Source of the DNA: Candidatus Latescibacterota bacterium
GTDB lineage: Bacteria > Latescibacterota > UBA2968 > GCA-2709665
Direction of reading: 5' to 3'
Assembly: GCA_965219455.1 (NCBI GenBank)
Contig: OZ244744.1
Location: forward strand, 1,664,001 to 1,728,000
Length of the DNA: 64,000 nucleotides
The notes beneath the pieces were generated by a model. That model was not told the origin of the DNA. It did no database searches and worked only from the letters and a program-made list of their open reading frames with translations. Position 1 is the first letter of the stretch. Every line of letters begins with the position of its first letter. Made by a program: the position numbers and the translations under genes. This document shows, in pieces, positions 51,980 to 61,809 of the stretch.

Positions 51980-52906
51980 TCACGCAGCCAACACCATCTT
52001 CAGCAACGCCATCCGAATGTATAGCCCGTTGTGCGCCTGCCGGAAATACGCCGCCCTGGGATCCGTGTCCACCGCGGGGTCGATCTCGTCCACGCGCGGC
52101 AGCGGGTGCATCACGCGGCCGTTATCGGACAGAGCCTCCATCACCTTCGTATCGATGATGTATCTCCCCCGCGCCGCTTCGTAGTCCCGCGTGCGATCGC
52201 CGAACCTTTCCCTCTGGATCCGTGTCTGATAGACCACGTCAACCTGGCGCACAACCTCGATCAGGTCGTCCCGTTCCTCGAAGTACACCCGGTTCCGGAG
52301 CAGGTATTCCTTGATATCGGCCTTCATGCGCACCATCTCGGGCGCCACGAAATACAGCTTGACGTCTTCGTACCGGGTGAGCAGATAGGCCAGCGAACGC
52401 ACCGTGCGGCCGTTGGCGAGGTCACCCACCATAGCCACCGAAATCCCGTCCAGCCGACCGATCTCCTTCTGGATGGTATAGACGTCCAGCAGCGCCTGCG
52501 TAGGATGCTGGCCCGGGCCGTCGCCGGCGTTCAAAACCGGCACAGACGCCACCTCCGCCGCCCGCCGCGCGGATCCTCCCTCGTAGTGCCTGAGCACGAT
52601 CACATCCGCGTATCCTTCCACAATTCGAATGGTGTCCTCGAGGGTCTCGCCCTTCGCCGCCGAGGAAAACTCCCGCGCCGACTCCGTCGTGACCACGCTC
52701 CCCCCCAGACGGATCATGGCAGACTCGAAAGAAAGCCGGGTGCGGGTACTGGGTTCGTAAAACAGCGTGGCCATGATCCGGCGGTTCAGTATACTGGAGC
52801 CGTAGAGGCTTACAACCTCCTCCATCTCCTTGGTCACCGCGAAAATTTCCGTCAGCAGTTCCCGGTTGAATTGCTGCGCCTCGACCACGTGGAACAGGCT
52901 GTCCAT
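51980..52906 (-). CDS. pyrB: Aspartate carbamoyltransferase catalytic subunit
   Basis: FYEPSTRTRLSF, KGETLEDT, HPTQALLD, MHPLPR. Confidence 0.97.
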   Translation of the reverse strand: MDSLFHVVEAQQFNRELLTEIFAVTKEMEEVVSLYGSSILNRRIMATLFYEPSTRTRLSFESAMIRLGGSVVTTESAREFSSAAKGETLEDTIRIVEGYADVIVLRHYEGGSARRAAEVASVPVLNAGDGPGQHPTQALLDVYTIQKEIGRLDGISVAMVGDLANGRTVRSLAYLLTRYEDVKLYFVAPEMVRMKADIKEYLLRNRVYFEERDDLIEVVRQVDVVYQTRIQRERFGDRTRDYEAARGRYIIDTKVMEALSDNGRVMHPLPRVDEIDPAVDTDPRAAYFRQAHNGLYIRMALLKMVLAA

Positions 52907-52922
52907 CGAGTATCCTCCCTCA

Positions 52923-53084
52923 GAAGCTGTATTAAAACCCCCAGCGGTCTTCGCGCGGCTGCAAAGACGTCGGCCGGCGTGGGTCAAATCCACCCGTATC
53001 TTTAGATACAGTCGGCTTCGCCCGCCTGGACCGACACCTTTTCGCTCGCGCTCGGGAACTCACCGGGATTTTTAAAACAGCTTC
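52923..53084. mobile_element. MITE C (162 bp) in pyrB leader
   Basis: TIR gaagctgtattaaaa / ttttaaaacagcttc; TCA duplication at 52920-52922 and 53085-53087. Confidence 0.8.
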
Positions 53085-53091
53085 TCACAAC

Positions 53092-53115
53092 AAAAAAGCC
53101 CCCCTGCAGGGGAGC
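53092..53115 (-). terminator. Attenuator terminator in pyrB leader
   Basis: GCTCCCCTGCAGGGGGGC followed by TTTTTT on minus strand. Confidence 0.8.
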
Positions 53116-53182
53116 GGAAATACAGCAACCGGGGAGCCGGAAAAATTGATTTTGTATAGAAGAGATCCCCATTTAAAAAGCA

Positions 53183-53211
53183 AATATAGTCCGGCCGCAC
53201 CTGGTTGGCAA
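53183..53211 (-). promoter_or_regulatory. sigma70 promoter of pyrB
   Basis: TTGCCA-N17-TATATT. Confidence 0.7.
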
Positions 53212-53334
53212 GCGGAAAATTCGGGAGCGGATTCAGCGGTGGCCGCTTCGGATTTGTTGGTCGCCGCCGGCTCGCGGAATCGTTGCCGTCGCGATGACGT
53301 GCGGGCACCGGCCCGAAATTCTGCCAAAAAGATA

Positions 53335-53363
53335 TTGACCGTACTGCGGAACTCCGATATATT
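53335..53363 (+). promoter_or_regulatory. sigma70 promoter of glyA
   Basis: TTGACC-N17-TATATT. Confidence 0.7.
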
Positions 53364-53606
53364 TGTGTTCGCCGTGTTCGTGTTTTTTCAGGAAGGCACA
53401 ACGCGGTACCGCTACCCGATGGTTCACCTGTGAACGCAGAATCCGACAGACCGTCAATCGCCCGGGCTCGCCGCAACGTTATCCGGCCCGGGTTTTTGTG
53501 TGTCCTGATTCCACGCCCGCACCCGGGAGCGGAGTTCAGGTCTCCCGGAATCGATTCTCGCCAATCTAACTGACCCCGTCTATCCACCGCGTCTGGGAGA
53601 AACAGA

Positions 53607-55160
53607 ATGGTTCAGGCAACACCACCTGCCGATGTAGAGCGCTCGACGTCACCGCTTGCCAGGTATCTCTCCGAATCCGCCGGCGGCGGCAATCCCACGG
53701 ATCCCGGTTTTGTCGCCTACCTCGCGTCACTCGAACAGATTCACGCAATCTCGCCGCGAGTCGCCGCATCCATCGTTTCCGAACTGGAGGACCAGCGCGG
53801 CAACCTGAAGATGATCGCCAGCGAGAACTACTGCTCGCTGGCCGTACAGCTCGCACAGGGCAATCTCTTCACCGACAAGTATGCCGAAGGCGTGCCGGAC
53901 CGCCGCTTCTACGCCGGCTGTGACAACGTCGACGACATCGAAAAACATGCCGCTTCCCTCGCTCGCGGCCTCTTCGGGGCGGACCACGCGTACGTACAGC
54001 CTCATTCCGGCGCCGACGCCAACCTTGTCGCCTTCTGGGCCATCCTTTCCGCCCGCATTCAGGCGCCGTTTATGGAACAGACGGGAAAGACCGATCTCAC
54101 GGCCCTTTCCGACGCCGAGTGGCGGGAACTCCGAACCGCGCTGGGTAACCAGAAATTGCTCGGCCTGGATTACTACTCCGGCGGCCATCTCACCCACGGA
54201 TACCGGCACAACGTATCCGCCAAAATGTTCCACGCCGAATCCTACAGTGTCGACCCCGAGACCAGGCTTATCGATTACGACCGTGTCCGCAGCCAGGCGA
54301 AGGCGTTCAAACCGCTGATTCTCCTCGCGGGGTACAGCGCGTACACCCGTAGAATCAACTTCCGCATATTCAGGGAAATCGCCGACGAAATCGGCGCCGT
54401 TTTCGTGGTTGACATGGCGCACTTCGCAGGTCTCGTGGCCGGTAAAGTATTCACTGGCGACGACGACCCGGTGGCCCACGCCGACGTTGTGACCACCACG
54501 ACCCACAAGACCCTCAGGGGGCCTCGAGGCGGCATGGTTCTCTGCAAGGCGGAATATGCGGAACACGTGGACCGGGGGTGCCCAATGGTGCTGGGCGGTC
54601 CTCTGCCGCACGCCATTGCGGCCAAGGCCGTTGCCCTTCAGGAGGCCGGTGCGGACCCATTCAGAAGTTACGCACGCCGCATTGTGCAAAACGCCGCGGC
54701 CCTGGCCGAAGCCTGCGTCGAAGAGGGTCTCACCGTACTCACCGGCGGCACCGACAACCACATGCTGCTCATCGACGTGACGCCGATGGATCTCACCGGC
54801 AGGCAGGCGGAATCCGTGCTGCGAAACGCCCGGATCACCCTCAACCGCAACGCACTGCCCTTCGATACGAACGGCGCATGGTACACCAGCGGCCTCCGGC
54901 TCGGAACACCCGCCCTCACGACGCTGGGCATGGGTGCGGAAGAGATGCGGAGAATCGCCGCCGCTCTACGCCTTGTGCTCTTCAACACACGGCCCGTCCG
55001 GATCAAAAAAGGCAGGCATGCCGGGAAGTCCAGCAAGGCGCGTTCCCGGACCCGTCCGGAGGCGCTCGAAGAAGCCCGCGCGGAGGTGGTCGATCTGCTC
55101 AACCGATATCCGGCTTACCCGGAACTGGACCTGGAATACATGAAACAGGTGCTGCAATAG
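53607..55160 (+). CDS. glyA: Serine hydroxymethyltransferase (long type with insertions)
   Basis: [41 protein letters not shown]. Confidence 0.97.
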   Translation: MVQATPPADVERSTSPLARYLSESAGGGNPTDPGFVAYLASLEQIHAISPRVAASIVSELEDQRGNLKMIASENYCSLAVQLAQGNLFTDKYAEGVPDRRFYAGCDNVDDIEKHAASLARGLFGADHAYVQPHSGADANLVAFWAILSARIQAPFMEQTGKTDLTALSDAEWRELRTALGNQKLLGLDYYSGGHLTHGYRHNVSAKMFHAESYSVDPETRLIDYDRVRSQAKAFKPLILLAGYSAYTRRINFRIFREIADEIGAVFVVDMAHFAGLVAGKVFTGDDDPVAHADVVTTTTHKTLRGPRGGMVLCKAEYAEHVDRGCPMVLGGPLPHAIAAKAVALQEAGADPFRSYARRIVQNAAALAEACVEEGLTVLTGGTDNHMLLIDVTPMDLTGRQAESVLRNARITLNRNALPFDTNGAWYTSGLRLGTPALTTLGMGAEEMRRIAAALRLVLFNTRPVRIKKGRHAGKSSKARSRTRPEALEEARAEVVDLLNRYPAYPELDLEYMKQVLQ

Positions 55161-55204
55161 CAGGCCGCTTCCGGCTCGGGGACTCCCGGTCCAACTTCCC
55201 GCTG

Positions 55205-56305
55205 TCAGGAGATGACCGCTTCCATCGCCGCATCGTGAAACTCCGGCCGCAGCCTCCGTATCCCCTGATTCTCCCGGGTAGGATGCACCCGGTTTGTCAG
55301 GAGTACCACTCCAACGTCCCGTTCGGGATCCACCCAAACGGAGGTGCCTGTAAATCCGGTGTGTCCGAACGATCGGGCCGAAAAGCGCCTGCCCGCGGAA
55401 CTTCCAGCTTTCGATACCGTGTCCCAACCCAGCGCGCGGGTACTGCCGGGCGCCAATCCCGCCCGTGACGTAAATCGGCGGATGGCATTTCCGGAAAAAA
55501 CCCACGTTCCCTCATGTTTCCCTCCGTTCAGGATCACCCTCAAAAAACAACCCAGATCGACCGCCGTCCCGAAGAGCCCCGCGTGCGGCGCCACGCCGCC
55601 CATCGCCCAGGCATTTCCATCGTGTACCTGCCCATGAATCAGCCCCCTGCGTTGCTCGGCCTGAAACTCCGTTGGCGGAATCCTTCCCAGTAGTTCGCGC
55701 CCCGGCAGATACATCGTCTCCGCCATCCCCAGCGGACCAAAGACGTATCGCCGAGCCAGTTCCTCAAGCGGCGCTCCACCCACGCGCTCGACGGCCGCCC
55801 CCAACAACAGAAAGCTCAAATCGCTATAAATCGTCCTGGTCCCCGGCGGGTACGCCAGCGGCGTCCTGCACGCGGCCGCCAGCACCGCCTCCTTGCCCTG
55901 GCAGGTTTCAAAAAAACGCTGGTGCGCCGGCAATCCCGCGCAGTGCGCGAGAAGAAGCCTGATCGTCACCCCGTCCCTCCCGTCCCCCCGGAACGCCGGC
56001 ACGTACTCACCCACCCGCTCATCCAGATCCAGGCCGGGTTGAAGCGCCATGCAGATTGACGTTGTCACAACCACCTTCGTCAACGACGCGAGGTCGTAGA
56101 GGTCATTCTCGCTGACTTCCGGAGCGTCCGGCTCGTACGTGTGCCGTCCCGCCACCCAGCAGGCGACACCGCCTCCGCCCCGCACCAACAGGCCCACCGC
56201 GCCAGGCGTACTCCTCTCCCGAACGTGACGCTCCAGCACCTCCCCGGCCCGCCCGAACCGCTGCGGATCAAGACCGGTTCGCCAGTCAGATCGTTCCGCA
56301 TCCAT
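55205..56305 (-). CDS. Beta-lactamase-family serine hydrolase
   Basis: ASLTK, YSD, HAGLF, GHTGFTG, LTNRVHP. Confidence 0.92.
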   Translation of the reverse strand: MDAERSDWRTGLDPQRFGRAGEVLERHVRERSTPGAVGLLVRGGGGVACWVAGRHTYEPDAPEVSENDLYDLASLTKVVVTTSICMALQPGLDLDERVGEYVPAFRGDGRDGVTIRLLLAHCAGLPAHQRFFETCQGKEAVLAAACRTPLAYPPGTRTIYSDLSFLLLGAAVERVGGAPLEELARRYVFGPLGMAETMYLPGRELLGRIPPTEFQAEQRRGLIHGQVHDGNAWAMGGVAPHAGLFGTAVDLGCFLRVILNGGKHEGTWVFSGNAIRRFTSRAGLAPGSTRALGWDTVSKAGSSAGRRFSARSFGHTGFTGTSVWVDPERDVGVVLLTNRVHPTRENQGIRRLRPEFHDAAMEAVIS

Positions 56306-56326
56306 GTCGCCTGGTTAACCTCCGGA

Positions 56327-56380
56327 TTGCGACGGTCGTCGGCCGAATTCAGGCAATCTATTTCCGGGACAGAACACTAG
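56327..56380. mobile_element. Solo right end of MITE B
   Basis: cggccgaattcaggcaatctatttccgggacagaacactag similar to 57055-57095. Confidence 0.7.
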
Positions 56381-56536
56381 CCTTGACCTTCCCCATCCTT
56401 CTGCATATCTTCAGCGGTGCGAGATTCCGGGTTTATCCAACGGCACGCGGCCCGGACACCCAACGGGAGGGCGCCGCCTGCACACCGTGCCGCAACGAAC
56501 CCATCGTATGGGTCTCCACTTTCGGGAGGGTATTCC

Positions 56537-56857
56537 ATGCGTGAAATCCGGAATTACGTTGTGTTCATCACCGCCCCCAGCGAAGAAGAAGCCGCCGGAA
56601 TCGGCCGCGTCCTGGTTGAAGAACGCCTGGCCGCATGCGCAAACATCACCGGACGTATCCGGTCCATCTACCGCTGGCAGGACGCCATTGAAGACGAAGC
56701 CGAATCCCTCATGATCCTCAAAACGTCACAGGCCAGCCTCGATGCTCTCATCGCCCGGGCGAACGAATTACACAGTTACGACGTGCCTGAGATCATTGCT
56801 CTTCCCATCCAACAGGGGTACCCGCCCTACCTGAATTGGATCGCCGAGAACGCCTGA
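56537..56857 (+). CDS. cutA: Divalent-cation tolerance protein CutA
   Basis: LVEERLAACAN, SIYRWQ, HSYDVPEIIALPI..G...YL.W. Confidence 0.96.
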   Translation: MREIRNYVVFITAPSEEEAAGIGRVLVEERLAACANITGRIRSIYRWQDAIEDEAESLMILKTSQASLDALIARANELHSYDVPEIIALPIQQGYPPYLNWIAENA

Positions 56858-56926
56858 ACGACGTCTCCGATCCGGCCATGAGCGTTGCCGGGCACCTTCA
56901 ATCGCCCATTCGAATTCAGACAGGGC

Positions 56927-57095
56927 CTAGTGTCCTGTCCCAAAAATATCTAACCATTCTTCCGCCGATTCATCCCGTCTCGCAGCGTTGCCTTCGCTCG
57001 CCGAACTTACGCAGGTCGCCTGCGCTCTGGCGCCTTGCGAGCCGGGCGACTCGACGGCCGAATTTAGGCAACCTATTTCTGGGACAGAACACTAG
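56927..57095. mobile_element. MITE B (~165 bp)
   Basis: TIR ctagtgtcctgtcccaaaaata / tatttctgggacagaacactag. Confidence 0.88.
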
Positions 57096-58979
57096 CCCTA
57101 AAATAAGCGAGTATCGTGTGCGCCACAGTGATTTGTGTTTGTGTTGAGGCGTTGGTGTCGATTTATATGGAATTGGCGTTTTGGATGGTTTTTAGGGCCG
57201 TGTTTGTCGTGGTCGCTATGGTAAATTGAGTATCCGAAGTGGCGTTGAGACGCGTGGTGGACACACCGGTCCGTTGAGGGGTGTGGGGATGGCGCCGCGT
57301 TTGTGTGTCATCGGTGGTGCTGCATTGGTGTTATCCAAATCCGGTGCGTTCAATGATACGCCAGGTGCTGAAGAGGCGATCGAGGGTGGGTTGATAGCCG
57401 ATGAGCCGTAACGTGGTGGTGCGCGCGCGTTGGATGACGTGGCAGGGAATCAAGATAATGCTGTGGATGAAGCGCCGGAATTCCATGCAGACGTACTGCT
57501 GTCGATCACGGTGTCTGTGCATCATCATGGCAAACCAGGATTTGAGGTTCCAGGCCAGGGCGGCGATGACCATATAGGCCCAGTTGCTGACCAGGTCATA
57601 CAGGGGCACGCGCAAGGCGTTGACGCCGTTTTTGAGTTGCTCGATGACGTTCTCCTGATCGCAGCGTTGGTTGGCGCAGGCGACGATCTCTTGGGGGGTC
57701 ACGTCCGTGCGTGTCGTGATATAGAAGAAATAACGGCATTCGTCGAACAGGACAAGGTCGCCCTTCATTTTGCTGATGTTCTTGCGCAGGACCACGACGC
57801 GATACCCACGTTTACAGCGCGTGGGTTGGTAGTTGAACTCGGCCACGTGTTCGTGGTTCAGCACCAGGTTGGCGTAGGCCCGCTTGTGGACGATGCGCTG
57901 TTTCTCGTGGGGCTGATTGCGCTTCCGCTTCTGGTCGGTCACGGTGTGATAACGGGGTTTGCGTTGCAGGGGCTGCCATTGTGCCTCGTCGAGGGCCTCG
58001 GCACGGGAACGCATCGCCGCGTTGGCGTCCATCCCGAAGATGAAGTCGACGCTTTTGGCCCAGCGATCAAGATGTCGAGTCAAGAAAAAGTCGGTGTCGC
58101 CACGCACACAGATGCGCTTGGCGTGGGGCTGCACCAGGTCGATGGCCGCGTCGATCCACTGTGCCGCACCGGTGTGGCTGGGCACATTCCCCGGTCGGTT
58201 GACCAGGAAGAGCACTTCCTTCGTGTTGGAAAGTGAGATCACCAGCGGATGGTAGCCCCAGATGCCCTGGTAAGAGATGTCCATACCCCTCTTGCGCTTG
58301 CCATACGTGGGCACGTTTGTGCCGTCCACATCGATATAGGTGATGTCACCAAGCAATTTGCGGCCACGCGATGCCCACAAGGAGGATCGCACCGCGTTGA
58401 TGCACGCCATCAGTTCGACGATGTCCCGTTCCGAGAAGCGTCGGCAAAAGTCACCCGCCGTGGTCGGATCGGGAATCAACTTGGCGCCCAGGGCATTCAT
58501 GTAGGCCCCGTCACTTCGCAAACGCTCGATATCCTCCAAGCGCGTGCCGCCGCATAACACGTTGTATGTGATGTTTAGTACGTGGTCCGACTCATGATAG
58601 GGCAGATGCACCTTCAACAAGGACAGTGACGCGTCGATGCGCTTGGGCAGACCCAGCTTGGTGACCAGGCGATGCACGGCGCCGATGCCTCCGTAACTCA
58701 TCGCGTCGGTGTAGGCGCCTACCTCGTAGTGCACTTTGCCAGGACTGAACATGGGCCGGCGCTGGGCCTGCCAATGCCCCGCTCGACCGTGGCGGGCGGC
58801 CACTTTGCGTTTGCGACGAGCACGGTTCCTGCGGCTGTCATCAACCGATATTCTTTTCACCGGAAAGGTCTCCTGCGTTGGAGTGATGATTTCTAGCACA
58901 ATCCATCTATCTCCAACAACGGTAGGCCTTTCCGGTCTCTTGGACCAGAAAAATTTCACTGGTCACGCTTGTTTAAGGA
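57096..58979 (-). mobile_element. IS1380-family insertion sequence, intact copy
   Basis: CTAG duplication at 57092-57095 and 58980-58983; IRs ending in AAGCG. Confidence 0.94.
57331..58959 (-). CDS. IS1380-family transposase (true start probably GTG ~58860)
   Basis: IDVDGT, VRGDTDF, RCDQENVIEQLK. Confidence 0.94.
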   Translation of the reverse strand: MKFFWSKRPERPTVVGDRWIVLEIITPTQETFPVKRISVDDSRRNRARRKRKVAARHGRAGHWQAQRRPMFSPGKVHYEVGAYTDAMSYGGIGAVHRLVTKLGLPKRIDASLSLLKVHLPYHESDHVLNITYNVLCGGTRLEDIERLRSDGAYMNALGAKLIPDPTTAGDFCRRFSERDIVELMACINAVRSSLWASRGRKLLGDITYIDVDGTNVPTYGKRKRGMDISYQGIWGYHPLVISLSNTKEVLFLVNRPGNVPSHTGAAQWIDAAIDLVQPHAKRICVRGDTDFFLTRHLDRWAKSVDFIFGMDANAAMRSRAEALDEAQWQPLQRKPRYHTVTDQKRKRNQPHEKQRIVHKRAYANLVLNHEHVAEFNYQPTRCKRGYRVVVLRKNISKMKGDLVLFDECRYFFYITTRTDVTPQEIVACANQRCDQENVIEQLKNGVNALRVPLYDLVSNWAYMVIAALAWNLKSWFAMMMHRHRDRQQYVCMEFRRFIHSIILIPCHVIQRARTTTLRLIGYQPTLDRLFSTWRIIERTGFG

Positions 58980-59021
58980 CTAGCGACGATCTTCGCCGGG
59001 CGCCAACAGGAAGGATCCTCA

Positions 59022-59960
59022 ATGGCCGGTCACCCGCAATACGCCATAGGCATCGACCTGGGCGGCGGAAGCATCAAGGGGGCACTCGTTTCCGCCGACG
59101 GCCTCATCGAAGCCAAAGCCCGCTATCCTACGGACGTCGGGAGCGGCGAACACGGCGTGGCGGACCGGATCGCGGAACTCTTCGCATCTCTGCTCGACCG
59201 GAACGGCCTGTTGAAAGGCGACATTGCGGGCGTCGGTATCGGCGTGCCCGGCGTGACCACGGCGGAGGGCGACGTCATCATCGCTCCGAATCTCCACTGG
59301 CGCCACGTCCCGTTCAAGCGGATGCTCGAGGACCGGATCAGACTGCGCGTTGAGATCGACAACGACGCCAGCGTTGCCGCAATGGGAGAAGCCCACCTGG
59401 GGGCGGGCCAGGGCCGCGAGTCCCTTTTCCTCATCACTCTGGGCACGGGCATTGGTGGCGGACTGGTTTTGAACGGCGGCATTCACCACGGCGCCTCTTT
59501 CGCCGCAGGTGAAATCGGGCACATGTGCATGGACCCGGACGGCCCTGTCTGCGGGTGCGGCAAAACAGGATGCCTGGAAGCCCTCACCGCCGGCCCCGCG
59601 ATGGTCCGTTACGTTCGCGGCCGCCTTTCGGAAGCGCCGTCTTCATCTTTCACCCGCACCCTCACTCCGGAATCCATCTGCAGGGCCGCGGAAAAAGGCG
59701 ACGGCCTCGCCTGTGAAACCGTCGCCCGCGTCGCGCGCTATCTCGGGGTCGCCATCGCAAATATCATCAACGTCATCAGCCCGGACGTGATCGCCATCGG
59801 CGGCGGAATCGCCGCGGCCGGCCGTGTTCTTCTCGACCCCATCGTTGCCGCCGCTCGTGAATACACGCTGGAAGGGATGTTCGATCACACCCGGATTCTG
59901 CCAGCCGAACTGGGCAACGACGCCGGCGTCCTGGGCGCGTCGCGCCTGGTCCTGAAGTAG
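59022..59960 (+). CDS. ROK-family sugar kinase
   Basis: GIDLGG, DNDA, TLGTGIGGG, GEIGH, CGCGKTGCLE. Confidence 0.95.
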   Translation: MAGHPQYAIGIDLGGGSIKGALVSADGLIEAKARYPTDVGSGEHGVADRIAELFASLLDRNGLLKGDIAGVGIGVPGVTTAEGDVIIAPNLHWRHVPFKRMLEDRIRLRVEIDNDASVAAMGEAHLGAGQGRESLFLITLGTGIGGGLVLNGGIHHGASFAAGEIGHMCMDPDGPVCGCGKTGCLEALTAGPAMVRYVRGRLSEAPSSSFTRTLTPESICRAAEKGDGLACETVARVARYLGVAIANIINVISPDVIAIGGGIAAAGRVLLDPIVAAAREYTLEGMFDHTRILPAELGNDAGVLGASRLVLK

Positions 59961-60017
59961 CGGGCCAATCGGACAAAGGAGAATCCCCGATCAACGGGGC
60001 GCCTGAGCCAGCCGCCG

Positions 60018-60884
60018 CTATTCCCAGGCCAGATCCTTCAACACGGCTTTCAGATATGCGATGTCCTGCTGCGCGTACCACTCCCGGTCGCCCGGCCTCG
60101 GGGCTTCAATGCAGAGCGGGCCGCTGAATCCGGCGTGCTTCAACGCCAGGAGATACTCCCGGTGGTTGATAATCCCGTCGCTCAACCCCACGGCGTTCCG
60201 TCCGTTTCCCGCGGGCATCGAGTTCTTCAGATGCACCATGAACAGCTTCTCCCCCAGCGTGGAAACGGTCTCTCCGATTGACGGACAGGACGGGAAGTAC
60301 ACCATGTTCCCGTAGTCCAGGTTCGCCCCCACGGACGGTGAGCCGATCATATCCAGGAGTTTCATCGTGGGCGCCGGCAGATCGTGTACATAGCCCATGT
60401 GGATCTCGAACGCCAGCCTGAATCCGATCTCTTCGGCCACCGCGCCGAGTTCCTTAAACCCCTCCCCCGCCCACGAGTAGTGATGTGCCGACGCGGCGCC
60501 GGACCCATGCATATGATGCGCCGACCCCGCATTGGGGTCCGAACTGCGCAGCGTCCCGGCCATTATATTGCAAACGGTGAGCTCCAGTCGCTCGCTCGCG
60601 AGGCGGTAAAACCGGACCCCTTCCGCCACCTGCCCCCTGCGAAGGCCGACATCTTCCTGCATCAGCTCCAACCCGGGGCCCCCGAACAGCACGTGCTTCA
60701 ATCCCGACGCTTCCGCGGCCGCGGCGATCGTATCGAGGTACTGTTCCGGCGTCTCCTCTTCACCCCTGCGGTTCCTGCGGAACTCTATTCCGTCGTACCC
60801 CCAGCCCACTGCTTTACGGCACATCTCCGGGACCGTCTGCCCCTGTTCGCAGTAATTCACGTGCATAATAACCGGTAACGACAT
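60018..60884 (-). CDS. Sugar phosphate isomerase/epimerase (xylose-isomerase-like TIM barrel)
   Basis: GYDGIE, AFEIH, NLDYGN, VHLKN, CIE. Confidence 0.9.
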   Translation of the reverse strand: MSLPVIMHVNYCEQGQTVPEMCRKAVGWGYDGIEFRRNRRGEEETPEQYLDTIAAAAEASGLKHVLFGGPGLELMQEDVGLRRGQVAEGVRFYRLASERLELTVCNIMAGTLRSSDPNAGSAHHMHGSGAASAHHYSWAGEGFKELGAVAEEIGFRLAFEIHMGYVHDLPAPTMKLLDMIGSPSVGANLDYGNMVYFPSCPSIGETVSTLGEKLFMVHLKNSMPAGNGRNAVGLSDGIINHREYLLALKHAGFSGPLCIEAPRPGDREWYAQQDIAYLKAVLKDLAWE

Positions 60885-61278
60885 TCATATTCCCTTTCCG
60901 TTGAAGAAACACGCGGTATATCGTTTGCCTCACCCATAGACGGTGGCTAAAATGCCAACGAATGCCCCGAAAGTCAACCGCAACCACCAACCGTTAAGGA
61001 GAACTTTCCATGGCAGGCTGGTTCTATCTTTTTGTCGCCATCGTCCTCGAAGTCATTGGCACGACCTGTATGAAGCTCTCCGACGGATTCGCCCGTCTGT
61101 TGCCCTCGATCGGTGTTGCTGTCTTCTACCTGGCCTCCCTCTCCGGCCCGCATCTCTCGAGTTCGACGCACTGATGCGCGACTGTGCGGACTCACGGGGT
61201 CTGCCCGGCGTTACACGCGGTTGGATCGGCGGATTCCGGTCGGACATCGAAAATTTTCACGAATATCATAAAAAAGAG

Positions 61279-61307
61279 TTGACATTCGAACTGGAAGCAA
61301 TTATCTT
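61279..61307 (+). promoter_or_regulatory. sigma70 promoter of cold-shock gene
   Basis: TTGACA-N17-TATCTT preceded by an A-rich tract. Confidence 0.75.
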
Positions 61308-61454
61308 TAGTCATCATGCTGTAAATAGAAGGACGTAGTTTCTGTCTCCTGTGCAGTCGAAAAAAAGCGATGCGGCAAGGATCAGAATTCCCGATCCTTG
61401 CCGTTTTTGATTGTCTGCACATTCAGTTCAAGGTAGAAAGGTGGTGAATGAGCA

Positions 61455-61655
61455 GTGGCTGACGGTCGAGTGAAGTGGTTCAACGACGCCAAGGGCTTTG
61501 GTTTTATCGAGCAGGACGGCGGAGAGGACGTGTTCGTGCATTTTTCGGCGATCCAGGGCGATGGTTTCAAGTCTTTGTCCGAGGGTGATGAGGTCGAATT
61601 CGATATCGTCGAGGGTCCCAAGGGGCTCCAGGCGGCAAATGTGATGAAACGATAG
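61455..61655 (+). CDS. cspA: Cold-shock protein
   Basis: [34 protein letters not shown]. Confidence 0.95.
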   Translation: MADGRVKWFNDAKGFGFIEQDGGEDVFVHFSAIQGDGFKSLSEGDEVEFDIVEGPKGLQAANVMKR

Positions 61656-61681
61656 GATAAACGAAGCTTTTGTACGTGCAG

Positions 61682-61714
61682 ACGGACGCCGACGAGTCGG
61701 CGTCCGTTTTTTAT
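61682..61714 (+). terminator. Intrinsic terminator
   Basis: acggacgccgac-ga-gtcggcgtccgt followed by T run. Confidence 0.85.
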
Positions 61715-61809
61715 TTCGGCAACGTTCACGTCGCGCGCACCCGACAGTTCGCGTTGCGGTCGGAGGTCCGGCAGCGGGTTCCGCTCCGGTTTCGTCCCGG
61801 CGTCAATAT

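Noticed and set aside
53364-53606. ZTP (pfl) or glycine riboswitch call
   Set aside because: No GACUGRCG pseudoknot partner or GGAGA/CCGAAG/CUCAGG cores found by eye
30961-58979. Composite transposon bounded by the two IS1380 copies
   Set aside because: Each copy has its own CTAG duplication, the first lies within a reconstructable gene, and the interior includes housekeeping genes
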